37,808 bases of DNA, from assembly GCA_040901665.1 (NCBI GenBank), contig JBBDYK010000145.1, positions 1 through 37,808 of the forward strand. Reading direction: 5' to 3'. The DNA comes from Pirellulales bacterium. GTDB taxonomy: Bacteria; Planctomycetota; Planctomycetia; Pirellulales; PALSA-1355. Shown here in pieces: positions 1 through 8,054 of this stretch (position 1 is its first letter; each line of letters begins with the position of its first letter). A program made the translations under genes and the position numbers. The notes below the pieces were generated by a model. That model was not told the origin of the DNA. It worked only from the letters and a program-made list of their open reading frames with translations, and ran no database searches.

Positions 1-408
1 CGGCACGACAACGCGTCGCACGCGCACGCGCGACTTGCGGCAACTGGTCCGCACTTTGCATGCCACAAACAGAATACCCGTTCTGATTCGCCGGATTGAG
101 TTTTAAGTCATTACTGTGAAAATAGTTACAAAACATCGTTCGAAGTCGCCGACCGTGATCCAGCGCGCGGCTGCGCCAATGCGGCGCATCCGCCGGCACA
201 CTGCGCGCCGCGCGCGGTGCGCCCTGGCACAGCTCAGCGCCACGTGTCGCCGGTCGTTCCCACGGTCGGCGGGAACAGCAAGAGGGGTACTGCGGATCTC
301 ACGCCCAACGCAGCCGCCACGCGATTCGCCATCCCAGCGTGTGAAAACCACCTGCGCTTCTGCTAGAGTCGCGAGATAGCACCTTTCCAAACCGACGGGC
401 CGGGAGTA

Positions 409-918
409 ATGCCAAAAGTGAATCGTTTGATCGAGGCGCGCTCGCAGCTCGACCTGGTGCGAGACGTGCTGGAGGGCTATGCCGAGCGGGGTGTCTTCCG
501 CGGATTCAGCGCGGGCCCGGTGCAGGGCCGCAAAGCCGTGTTTAGAATGATCTGGCATCGCAATCGGGCCTTCGATCTGCTCGTCGATCTGGAGGCGGGC
601 ACGCTGCGCTTCCCAAACCTGTTGCCCAATGTTCCGGCCGACGCGGCCATGTATCGAGAGTTGAAAGCGTTCGTCAAAGCACGCCACGCCGACGATTTGC
701 CGGAGCATCGGCGAATCGACACGAGCAAGGCGCACGTTCGACCGTACAATCGCCAGGGAAGCGTTTCGCTCGTGCTCACCATGAAAGACGGCGATTGCCA
801 GTACGGCGCGCGAAAGTTGATCCACCTGGTACACGAGATCTTTCTCACTTTCCTGACCGAAGGAAGCTGTCTCGAATATATGGTCGAAACGTTCGATCTC
901 GATCCCGATCGCATGTGA
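409..918 (+). CDS. hypothetical protein (169 aa), family not recognised
   Basis: ATG-initiated ORF with balanced amino-acid composition and G/C-rich third codon positions. The overlapping ORFs 103..834(-) and 477..953(-) are Arg/Ser/Ala-rich junk typical of wrong frames in high-GC DNA. No motif I recognise, and no signal peptide. Confidence 0.55.
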   Translation: MPKVNRLIEARSQLDLVRDVLEGYAERGVFRGFSAGPVQGRKAVFRMIWHRNRAFDLLVDLEAGTLRFPNLLPNVPADAAMYRELKAFVKARHADDLPEHRRIDTSKAHVRPYNRQGSVSLVLTMKDGDCQYGARKLIHLVHEIFLTFLTEGSCLEYMVETFDLDPDRM

Positions 919-971
919 CGTTCACCGCTTGAAGTTGATTGCCGCACGACCACCGACGTCCGAGGAATCTC

Positions 972-1442
972 ATGCCGCTACGAGTTCTTGTCCTGGTTTT
1001 CGTTGGCCTGCTGCTCGCTGCCCCCGCAGCATCATTACGGCGCGGCGCTTTGGCTGCCGATGCCGCCACCCAAGACGACCACGGCCGCTTGACCGAAGAG
1101 CAGGTCAAGCAGCTCAAGAATCCCGTTCCGTTCAGCAAGGCCTCGATCGCCAAGGGCCTGATTCTCTACCGGCGCGACTGCGTCGAGTGCCACGGCGCCG
1201 ACGGCAAGTCGCAAGTCGACGTGATCGCCAACGCAACCGACCTGACCGAGCCCAAGTATTGGAAGAGCGGCATCAGCCAGGGCGAGGTCTTCCGCAGCAT
1301 CCGCGACGGCGCTGGCGACTCGATGCCGCCGTTTAGCGACAAGATCGAGAAAGATGAGGACCTCTGGCACGTCGTCAATTACGTCATAAGTCTTTGGCCC
1401 GAGGAAGCTCGGCCCAAGCTTGCAGAAGCCGCCGCCAACTGA
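972..1442 (+). CDS. secreted class I c-type cytochrome (mono-haem)
   Basis: Same frame as track ORF 939..1442. I start it at ATG 972 because GAGGA sits at 962-966, 5 nt upstream. This gives a signal-like N-terminus MPLRVLVLVFVGLLLAAPAA. It has one CxxCH haem motif (CVECHG) and a distal Met context (GDSMPPF). Confidence 0.8.
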   Translation: MPLRVLVLVFVGLLLAAPAASLRRGALAADAATQDDHGRLTEEQVKQLKNPVPFSKASIAKGLILYRRDCVECHGADGKSQVDVIANATDLTEPKYWKSGISQGEVFRSIRDGAGDSMPPFSDKIEKDEDLWHVVNYVISLWPEEARPKLAEAAAN

Positions 1443-1478
1443 TCGCACGCCCGAACCAGCCAATCCAGGAGTTGCCCG

Positions 1479-3443
1479 ATGAAGACGAACGCCCAACCTC
1501 AAGCCGCCAAGCAGCCCGACCCCACGCGCCGCTCGTTCTTACTCTCTTCCGCCGCAGGAGCCGGCGCCGTTGTCGCCGGGGTTGTCGAAACCGCCCGGGC
1601 ACAAGCCGATGCCACCAGCATCCCCTCGATCACCATCCCCAAGGAAATCCCCGACTCGGTCAACGAGGCGCCCAAGCCCGGCTCGTTCGAAGGGCAGGGG
1701 ATGACCGGCGCCGAAGTGTTCGCGCAACTGTGCAAGCAGGAAGAGCTGGCCGCGCTGTTCTGTTGCCCCGGCAACTACACCGTCATCAACGCCATCGCCG
1801 CGGCCGGCGTGCCTGCCTTTGGTGGACGCACCGAGGGCGCCATGTGCGCCGCTGCCGACGGCTTCTCGCGCGCCACCGGCGAAGTCACCGCCTGCTCGGG
1901 CACCGAGGGCCCCGGCCTGACGCACATGATCATGAACATTGCCGCCGCGGCCGCCGCCCGCACGCCGTTGTTGGTGCTGGCCAGCAACATGCAGATCGCC
2001 GGCGACGATCGCGAAGCCTTCATCCAAACCGGCTATCAGCAGCCGATCACCACCGGCATGAAGAAATATGGCAAGCGCTTGATCGCCCCCGATCGCGTCT
2101 GGGAATACGGCGGCTATGCGTTCCGCAATCTCAAGTCGGGCGTGCCCGGCCCGGTGCACCTGGACTTTCCGGGCGAAGTGGCCCGCGCCCGCTTCACCGA
2201 TCCCACCAAGCTCAAGGACTACTACACCAAGGACAAGTACCGCACCGAGTCGCAAATGCACCCCGACCCGGCCGACGTCAAGAAAGCCGTCGAGTTGATC
2301 AACCGCGCCGAGCGCCCGCTGGTCGTCGCCGGGCAGGGAGTCTTTCAGAACAAGGGCTGGGACGCACTGCTGAAGGCCGCCGAGAAAAACGAACTGGCCG
2401 TTGTCACCTCCGGCCCCATCCGCGGCCACTTTCCGGACGATCATCGCCTGAGCGTCAACGTGGCGCCCGACGCCTTGATGAGCGCCGACCTGGTGGTCTT
2501 CGTCGGACAGTATTGCATGCCCAGCCCGGGCGAGTTCCGCTTCAATCCCGACGTCAAGGCGATTCGCGTTCATCCGGTGCCCGAAGACTTGGGCCGCAAC
2601 TGGCCGCTCGAGTTGGGCGTTGTCAGCGGCGAGCGCTCGTTCCTGGAAGCGCTGGCCGACGCATTGCCCAGCCGCAAGCGCGATGCCTGGGTCAGCGAGC
2701 TGTCGGCGGCCCGCGACAAGTACGACAAGTTCATTCACGACCAGTACGAGCAAGGCCTGAAGTACAGCCGCAAGACCGAGCATTTGCACCCCGCCGTGAT
2801 CGGCAAGGAAGTTCACGACTTCCTTTACAAAGGCGATCTCGACCCGAAGCAGACCGTCACCGGCTGGGGCGGTTGGACGATCGGCACGTACATCGGCCGC
2901 TGGCTGCGGGCCTATCGCCCCGCGCAAGAAATCGTCTGCCCGTATCAATACGGCGCCATTGGTCCGGACCTGGCGATGATGATCGGCGCGAGCGCCGCCG
3001 TGCAGCAAGGCGTCGGTCCGCAAGCTCCCTACAAGGGCGCTCCCACGTTGTGCGTCACCAGCGACGCGGGCATCGCCTACAGCCTGTTCGATCTGGAGAC
3101 GGCGGCCAAATACCAGATTCCCGTCATCGCCGTGGTCTATAACAACGACTCCTGGGGCATGTGGCCCAGCGCCGTCACCTCGGCCCGCTCGATGCACATG
3201 TACATTTTCCAGCAGAACCTGCGCTACGACAAAATGGCCGAAGGCGTCGGTGCCCGCGGCGAATACGTCCGCACGCCCGAGGAACTGCAAGAGGCGCTCA
3301 AGCGCAGCTACCAGTCGGCCGACAAGGATCGCGTCTCGACGCTCATCAACTGCCAGGCCCTGAAGGAATTCACCTCCGCCAGAGATTATCCGCCCGGTGT
3401 CTCGCTCAATCCCGAACCCGGTTGCGGCGCGGTGGCGCACTAG
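1479..3443 (+). CDS. thiamine-diphosphate-dependent enzyme of the acetolactate synthase / pyruvate oxidase superfamily, with an N-terminal twin-arginine (Tat) signal
   Basis: AGGAG at 1467-1471 lies 7 nt before the ATG. The Tat motif is TRRSFLL, followed by a hydrophobic stretch and ARA-QA. The Pyr domain shows GGRTEGAM and GTEGPGLTHM. The ThDP/Mg motif is TSDAGIAYSLFDLETAAKYQIPVIAVVYNND. The length and three-domain layout are typical of the family. Confidence 0.85.
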   Translation: MKTNAQPQAAKQPDPTRRSFLLSSAAGAGAVVAGVVETARAQADATSIPSITIPKEIPDSVNEAPKPGSFEGQGMTGAEVFAQLCKQEELAALFCCPGNYTVINAIAAAGVPAFGGRTEGAMCAAADGFSRATGEVTACSGTEGPGLTHMIMNIAAAAAARTPLLVLASNMQIAGDDREAFIQTGYQQPITTGMKKYGKRLIAPDRVWEYGGYAFRNLKSGVPGPVHLDFPGEVARARFTDPTKLKDYYTKDKYRTESQMHPDPADVKKAVELINRAERPLVVAGQGVFQNKGWDALLKAAEKNELAVVTSGPIRGHFPDDHRLSVNVAPDALMSADLVVFVGQYCMPSPGEFRFNPDVKAIRVHPVPEDLGRNWPLELGVVSGERSFLEALADALPSRKRDAWVSELSAARDKYDKFIHDQYEQGLKYSRKTEHLHPAVIGKEVHDFLYKGDLDPKQTVTGWGGWTIGTYIGRWLRAYRPAQEIVCPYQYGAIGPDLAMMIGASAAVQQGVGPQAPYKGAPTLCVTSDAGIAYSLFDLETAAKYQIPVIAVVYNNDSWGMWPSAVTSARSMHMYIFQQNLRYDKMAEGVGARGEYVRTPEELQEALKRSYQSADKDRVSTLINCQALKEFTSARDYPPGVSLNPEPGCGAVAH

Positions 3444-3519
3444 GGCACTGCCATGCTAATCCTGATAGCTCCACGGGTGGCGAAGTCCACGCGTGTTGTA
3501 GTCACCGCTGCACGAACCA

Positions 3520-3569
3520 ACAGCGACGCTGCGCGCTGTGGCAAACTGCGCGCTCGCGCTGTCGTTTTT
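3520..3569 (+). terminator. candidate intrinsic terminator downstream of the ThDP-enzyme gene
   Basis: Imperfect GC-rich stem: 3520-3536 pairs with 3548-3562, giving 14 bp with one bulge and one small internal loop. The loop is 11 nt and the stem is followed by TTTTT at 3565-3569. Confidence 0.45.
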
Positions 3570-3698
3570 GGAAGTGTTTTCGGGGCATGACGTTGCCGAC
3601 GCTGGGCACTTGACGGATTCGCGCGATCCACTCATGATTCCGCAACGTCGTCGAGACTTGCCGACAATTGCTTCCGCTGGCCAAGCCGGTCCACTACC

Positions 3699-4058
3699 GT
3701 GAGCGACTCGCAACCGCGTCCCGTCAGCTACCAGGCCGCTCGGCGGGTCTTCGTGCGGCGATTGCTGCTCTGCATCGGCCTGGCCGGCGGGCTGGTCGCG
3801 GTTTCACTGGCCGCGGGCGTGGCCGGCTATCACTTTCTCGAAGGCATGAGCTGGATGGACGCCTTCGTCAACGCCTCGATGATCCTCTCCGGCATGGGGC
3901 CCGTGACCGAGTTGCACACGGAGATGGGCAAGCTGTTCGCCGGCTGCTATGCGCTCTATAGCGGTCTGGCCGTGATCCTGGCCACCGGCCTGATCCTCGC
4001 CCCCGTCATCCATTTCGTGCTGCATCGATTCCACCTCGAATCGAAGCGCGAAGAGTGA
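3699..4058 (+). CDS. small two-TM membrane protein, K+-channel-pore-like with a degenerate filter
   Basis: GTG start. There are two hydrophobic helices flanking SWMDAFVNASMILSGMGPVTE. This resembles the pore-helix/filter segment of 2-TM K+ channels, but with LSGMGP in place of TVGYGD. Confidence 0.55.
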   Translation: MSDSQPRPVSYQAARRVFVRRLLLCIGLAGGLVAVSLAAGVAGYHFLEGMSWMDAFVNASMILSGMGPVTELHTEMGKLFAGCYALYSGLAVILATGLILAPVIHFVLHRFHLESKREE

Positions 4059-4097
4059 CTCGGTCCTCACTGCATTCATCCACTGGTAAGTGAGCCT

Positions 4098-4874
4098 TCA
4101 CCCCTGCCAGTTCGGCTTGCGCTTTTGCATGAAGGCGTCGATGCCTTCGCGCAGCTCGGCGCTTTCCCAAGCGTCGGCCAGGGCCGTGGCCGTGTAGTGC
4201 AGGTTGTCCGCGCCTTCGTGCGCGCCGACGTAGCGGATCAGTTCCTTGCAGTTGGCCACCGCGCCGGGCGCGCATGTTAGTAGGGCCGCCGCTTCGCGCT
4301 CCACGGCCTGATCGAGCTCGTCGATGCTCGACACCACTTCGTCCAATAGTCGCAGACGCGCCGCCGCGTGGCCGTCCATCTTGTAGGCATTGAGCATCAC
4401 CCTACGGGAGTTGGGCACCCCGATCTTGCCGATCACGAACGGCGAGATCGTGGCCGGAATCAGCCCCAGCGTCACTTCGGTCAAGCGAAACGTCGCGCCG
4501 GCCAGGCCGATTGCCATGTCGCAAATCGAAATCAAACCTAGCCCGCCACCGAAGGCCGAGCCGTTGATCCGCCCGATGAGCGGCTTGGGCAGCCGGTCCA
4601 ACTCGCCCAGGATGGTGGCGAACTCGACCGCGTCGCTCATGCGCCCCGCACGGGTATTGGCGGCCTGCTGGTGCATGCCCTTCAAATCGCCGCCGGCGCT
4701 AAAGATTTCGCCCGCTCCGGTGAGCACGATCACCCGCACGGCCGGGTTGGCAACAAGATCCTTGGCTGCCGCGCTCAGTTCGCGCATCAGTCCCTGCGAC
4801 ATCGCGTTTTTGGCGTCCGGCCGATTCAACGTCAGCCGCGCCACGCCCCGCGAGTCGACTGCGACGTCGATCAT
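4098..4874 (-). CDS. enoyl-CoA hydratase/isomerase (crotonase) family; methylglutaconyl-/isohexenylglutaconyl-CoA hydratase-like
   Basis: Crotonase hallmarks are present: LTLNRPDAKNAM, VIVLTGAG..FSAGGDLK and INGSAFGGGLGL. I moved the start to ATG 4874 (MIDVAVDSRG...). The 90-aa upstream extension in the track (to 5144) is Arg-rich junk. Confidence 0.85.
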   Translation of the reverse strand: MIDVAVDSRGVARLTLNRPDAKNAMSQGLMRELSAAAKDLVANPAVRVIVLTGAGEIFSAGGDLKGMHQQAANTRAGRMSDAVEFATILGELDRLPKPLIGRINGSAFGGGLGLISICDMAIGLAGATFRLTEVTLGLIPATISPFVIGKIGVPNSRRVMLNAYKMDGHAAARLRLLDEVVSSIDELDQAVEREAAALLTCAPGAVANCKELIRYVGAHEGADNLHYTATALADAWESAELREGIDAFMQKRKPNWQG

Positions 4875-5076
4875 CTCAAAGTTGCTCACGACAAGTACTC
4901 CGGAAGTGCGGCGGCGCCAAGGACGTTCAACACCGCCGAATCCTAAAGCACCACGCGGCAGTTGAAAAGAGTTTGCCCCGGCACGCCGGTTCAACCTCCG
5001 GCTTTGCCGAGGGATTCTTTGTTGCGCACGACATTCCCGAGATTCCAAGCATCGGCCATCGGCTATACTTGCCCGC

Positions 5077-5568
5077 ATGAGCAATCCCGTCGCCCGGCCT
5101 CGACTTGCATCGCGTCTCGCTCGGTCGTTCTGCGAATGGGGCACGATGGCCTTGGCAACGCTGTCGGTGGCGTGCCTGATCTATTGGATCGTGTCGATCA
5201 ATACGTCGCGGGCCGATCCGCCGCAGCTTGGGCTTGGGCGGCGTCTCGGTACCATCGTTGCGACAGATGGCTTTCTGGAAGTCCGGTCCGACTTAGACCT
5301 GGACCTCGCCAGGCTCGACGAGCTTGCAAATTTTCCGCAGCTCAATCCCGGGATCGTCGTGGATCGTGGATTTAACCTTCCCGGGGCTCGCTTCCGCATG
5401 CTCCAGTCTGACTTCAGCGACCGTTCGGACTGGGCCGTCGAAATCTCGTTTCTCGTACTTTCCATCTGCTCGGCTGCCTTGACGGTGTTGTTTTTCTGCA
5501 CCTACCGCATCATTCGCCGCGCGATCGGTCGCCCCCGTGGGGCTCACGACGTCTCAAACGCGCCGTGA
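5077..5568 (+). CDS. hypothetical membrane protein (two predicted TM helices)
   Basis: Hydrophobic segments sit near both ends (MALATLSVACLIYWIVSI and WAVEISFLVLSICSAALTVLFFC), and the codon pattern looks coding. The start is uncertain: ATG 5077 or ATG 5146. Confidence 0.45.
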   Translation: MSNPVARPRLASRLARSFCEWGTMALATLSVACLIYWIVSINTSRADPPQLGLGRRLGTIVATDGFLEVRSDLDLDLARLDELANFPQLNPGIVVDRGFNLPGARFRMLQSDFSDRSDWAVEISFLVLSICSAALTVLFFCTYRIIRRAIGRPRGAHDVSNAP

Positions 5569-5737
5569 CCGCGGGCGTTGCCCGCGGCTCACTTAGGTTG
5601 GGCCGTTGGCCCACCGAGAACGATTCCGCTCACGTGCAACTCTCCCAGCGCGGCCCCAATTGGCGATCCGCCGCGCCGTCGGCTAGAATCCAACGCTTCA
5701 TCGTAACGTGCCCGGGCGAACCAGGAGCTCACCAGCG

Positions 5738-7342
5738 GTGCGGCGGCAAACCATTCCTTCGCGGCTCGATCGACAGAGTGCCCAGTTTCGCGCCAATCGC
5801 GAGGCCGTGCTCGAACAATTGACGGCGCTCGACGCGCTGCTCGCGCAAGCCCGGGCCGGGGGCGGCGAGAAATCCGTCGCGCGCCACCATCAGCGCGGCA
5901 AGCTGTTGGTGCGCGAGCGGATCGAGTTGCTGGTGGATCAGGACTCGCCGTTTCTCGAGCTTTCGCCGTTTGCCGCCGCCGGCACGGATTACGAAGTCGG
6001 CGCGGCGGTCGTGTGCGGCATTGGCGTCGTCTCAGGCGTGGAGTGCTACATCAGCGGCAACGATCCCACCATCCGCGGCGGCGCCGTCAATCCGCTCACG
6101 CTCAAGAAATCGATGCGCGGCTTCGAGATCTGCCGCCAGAATCGTTTGCCGCACATCATGCTCACCGAAAGCGGCGGCGCCGATTTGCCGCGGCAGTCCG
6201 AAATCTTCCTGCCAGGCGGCGCCTCGTTCCGCAACCTGACGCAGCTTTCCAAGCTGGGCATTCCCACCATCTCGCTCGTCTTCGGCAACTCGACCGCCGG
6301 CGGCGCGTACACGCCCGCCATGTGTGACTACTCGGTATTCGTCAAGGATCGCGCCAAGGTATTCCTCGGCGGGCCGCCGTTGGTGAAGATGGCCACCGGC
6401 GAGGAGTCGACCGACGAAGAGCTGGGCGGCGCCGAAATGCACTCCAGGGTCTCCGGCCTGTCCGACTATCTGGCCAGCGACGAGCTGGACGCCATCCGCA
6501 TCGGCCGCCAGATCGTGGCGAATCTCAACTGGCGGAAGCTTGGTCCGCCACCATCCGCTGATTTCGCCGAGCCGCTGTACGACGCCGACGACCTGCTCGG
6601 CCTGGCGCCGGCCGATCTGAAGATGCCCGTCGACATGCGCGAGATCATTGCCCGCGTGGTCGACGGCTCGCAGTTTCACGAGTTCAAGCCGGCCTACGGC
6701 GCGAACCTGATCACCGGTTGGGCCTCGCTGCACGGCCACGAGATCGGCATCCTCGCCAACCAGCAGGGCGTGCTCTTCTCGGCGGAAGCTCAGAAGGCGT
6801 CGCAGTTCATTCAATTGGCCAACAAGAACGGCGTGCCGCTGATCTTCATCCACAACGTCACCGGCTACATGGTCGGCAAGGAGTACGAGCAGGCCGGCAT
6901 CATCAAGCACGGGGCGATGATGATCAACGCGGTCTCTAACAGCACCGTGCCGCACATCAGCCTGCAGATCGGCGGCTCCTATGGAGCGGGCAACTATGGC
7001 ATGTGCGGCTATGCCTACGAGCCGCGATTCGTGTTCCTCTGGCCCAACAGCAAGACGGCCGTGATGGGCCCCCAGCAATTGGCCGGCGTGCTGTCCATCG
7101 TCCGCCGCGCCGCGGCCGCCGCCGCCGGCAAGCCGTTCGACGAAAAGCAAGACGCGATGCTCCGCCAGGCCGTGGAAGAGCAGATCGAAAAAGAATCGCT
7201 CGCCCCGTTCACCAGCGGCCAGGTGTACGACGACGGCATCATCGACCCCCGCGACACCCGCACGGTGCTGGGCATGGCCATTTCCGCGGCGCTATCTGCG
7301 GAAGTGAAGGGCGCGGAGAGTTACGGCGTGTTTCGGATGTAA
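5738..7342 (+). CDS. acyl-CoA carboxylase carboxyltransferase (beta) subunit, methylcrotonyl-/geranyl-CoA carboxylase type
   Basis: Full-length carboxyltransferase pattern: GGGEKSVARHHQRGKLLVRERIELLVD..SPFLELS and GGAYTPAMCD. The frame is open from GTG 5708. I prefer GTG 5738 because AGGAG at 5723-5727 lies 10 nt upstream and the N-terminal length then matches LiuB/AtuC-type proteins as I remember them. Confidence 0.85.
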   Translation: MRRQTIPSRLDRQSAQFRANREAVLEQLTALDALLAQARAGGGEKSVARHHQRGKLLVRERIELLVDQDSPFLELSPFAAAGTDYEVGAAVVCGIGVVSGVECYISGNDPTIRGGAVNPLTLKKSMRGFEICRQNRLPHIMLTESGGADLPRQSEIFLPGGASFRNLTQLSKLGIPTISLVFGNSTAGGAYTPAMCDYSVFVKDRAKVFLGGPPLVKMATGEESTDEELGGAEMHSRVSGLSDYLASDELDAIRIGRQIVANLNWRKLGPPPSADFAEPLYDADDLLGLAPADLKMPVDMREIIARVVDGSQFHEFKPAYGANLITGWASLHGHEIGILANQQGVLFSAEAQKASQFIQLANKNGVPLIFIHNVTGYMVGKEYEQAGIIKHGAMMINAVSNSTVPHISLQIGGSYGAGNYGMCGYAYEPRFVFLWPNSKTAVMGPQQLAGVLSIVRRAAAAAAGKPFDEKQDAMLRQAVEEQIEKESLAPFTSGQVYDDGIIDPRDTRTVLGMAISAALSAEVKGAESYGVFRM

Positions 7343-7354
7343 CAGGATCGCGAC

Positions 7355-8035
7355 GTGAATCAGGCGATACCAGCGAAAGACGTGACCAACGCGGAGCATC
7401 GCATGAACACCGACGCTGCGCCCGGCAAGTTCGCGCGATTTCGCGTCGCCCCGGTTTTCCTGCAAGCTTACACGGTGTTCGTGATCGTGGTCAGTATCCT
7501 GAGCATGACCGTGTTCTTCGCGCCGCCGCTAAATCGCGCGATAGTGCCCTACACTGGGTGGAACCCAGGAATGATTTATATGTTTACCATTTTCTTTAGC
7601 GTGACTGCGGCAATTGGCGGTCAGCGAGGTCAGCGAAGGGTCATATACGGCATTGTGTTGCTCTTGGGATTAGGTATCGGCATCGGCCTTTTCGATATGG
7701 CTTTGGCTTGGAAGAATCCCTCAATGCTGCAAGCCAGCCAAACCAATCCCTATCTGGTATATGCGGCTCAGCGCCCGATTTTTACCGTCGTCGCGCCACT
7801 GGCGTGGCTGCTGCTGCTCCTTTCGCCCGTGATGCGCAAGTGGATTAAGGGTGACGCCGATACCGACGGTGTCGGCCCGAAGCAGTATCAATTTGCTCTA
7901 GTTGACCTGCTCTACGTGATGATGGTCGTCGCCGTTTGCTTTGCGCTCTCCATCGCCCTGGTTGGCGTCGTCAAAAGGAAGCAACAATCATTGGCCATGC
8001 CAAACGCTGCGCCCCAACGGGGGACGTCGTCCTAG
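7355..8035 (+). CDS. hypothetical polytopic membrane protein (about 5 TM), low-GC gene between the carboxylase subunit genes
   Basis: GTG 7355 has AGGA at 7344-7347, 7 nt upstream, and lies 12 nt after the beta-subunit stop. Several long hydrophobic segments are present. Composition is visibly AT-richer: line 7561-7620 is 26/60 G+C by hand count. No family recognised. Confidence 0.6.
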   Translation: MNQAIPAKDVTNAEHRMNTDAAPGKFARFRVAPVFLQAYTVFVIVVSILSMTVFFAPPLNRAIVPYTGWNPGMIYMFTIFFSVTAAIGGQRGQRRVIYGIVLLLGLGIGIGLFDMALAWKNPSMLQASQTNPYLVYAAQRPIFTVVAPLAWLLLLLSPVMRKWIKGDADTDGVGPKQYQFALVDLLYVMMVVAVCFALSIALVGVVKRKQQSLAMPNAAPQRGTSS

Positions 8036-8054
8036 GTCGACAACAGACTCAACC

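Noticed and set aside
1-61. Possible start of a minus-strand gene running off the left edge. The ATG is the reverse complement of 59-61, reading MQSADQLPQVARARATRCRA...
   Set aside because: Only 20 codons are visible and the composition is uninformative, so it cannot be supported from this window.
148-408. Assignment of the upstream leader to a known riboswitch class (ThDP, cobalamin, guanidine-I/ykkC, glycine, c-di-GMP).
   Set aside because: None of the conserved core sequences I remember for these classes is present. There is only a vague resemblance of ...ACGGGCCGGGAG to the 3' end of ykkC. I kept it only as a low-interest structural observation.
1539-3440. 633-aa ORF antisense to the ThDP-enzyme gene, and the 582-aa ORF 1394..3142 in an alternative plus frame.
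   Set aside because: Both are Arg/Ala/Gly-dominated with no motifs. Long shadow ORFs are expected opposite or offset to real genes in ~65% GC DNA. The 1479..3443 frame carries the recognisable family motifs.
4875-5144. N-terminal extensions given by the ORF track for several genes: 4875-5144, 7941-8054, 10114-10143, 26968-27066, 28262-28552, 31922-32149, 32935-33372 and 36125-36397.
   Set aside because: The extensions are Arg-rich, overlap neighbouring genes or divergent promoters, and precede an internal ATG. That ATG gives the canonical family N-terminus or a proper Sec/Tat signal, often with a Shine-Dalgarno or an ATGA overlap.
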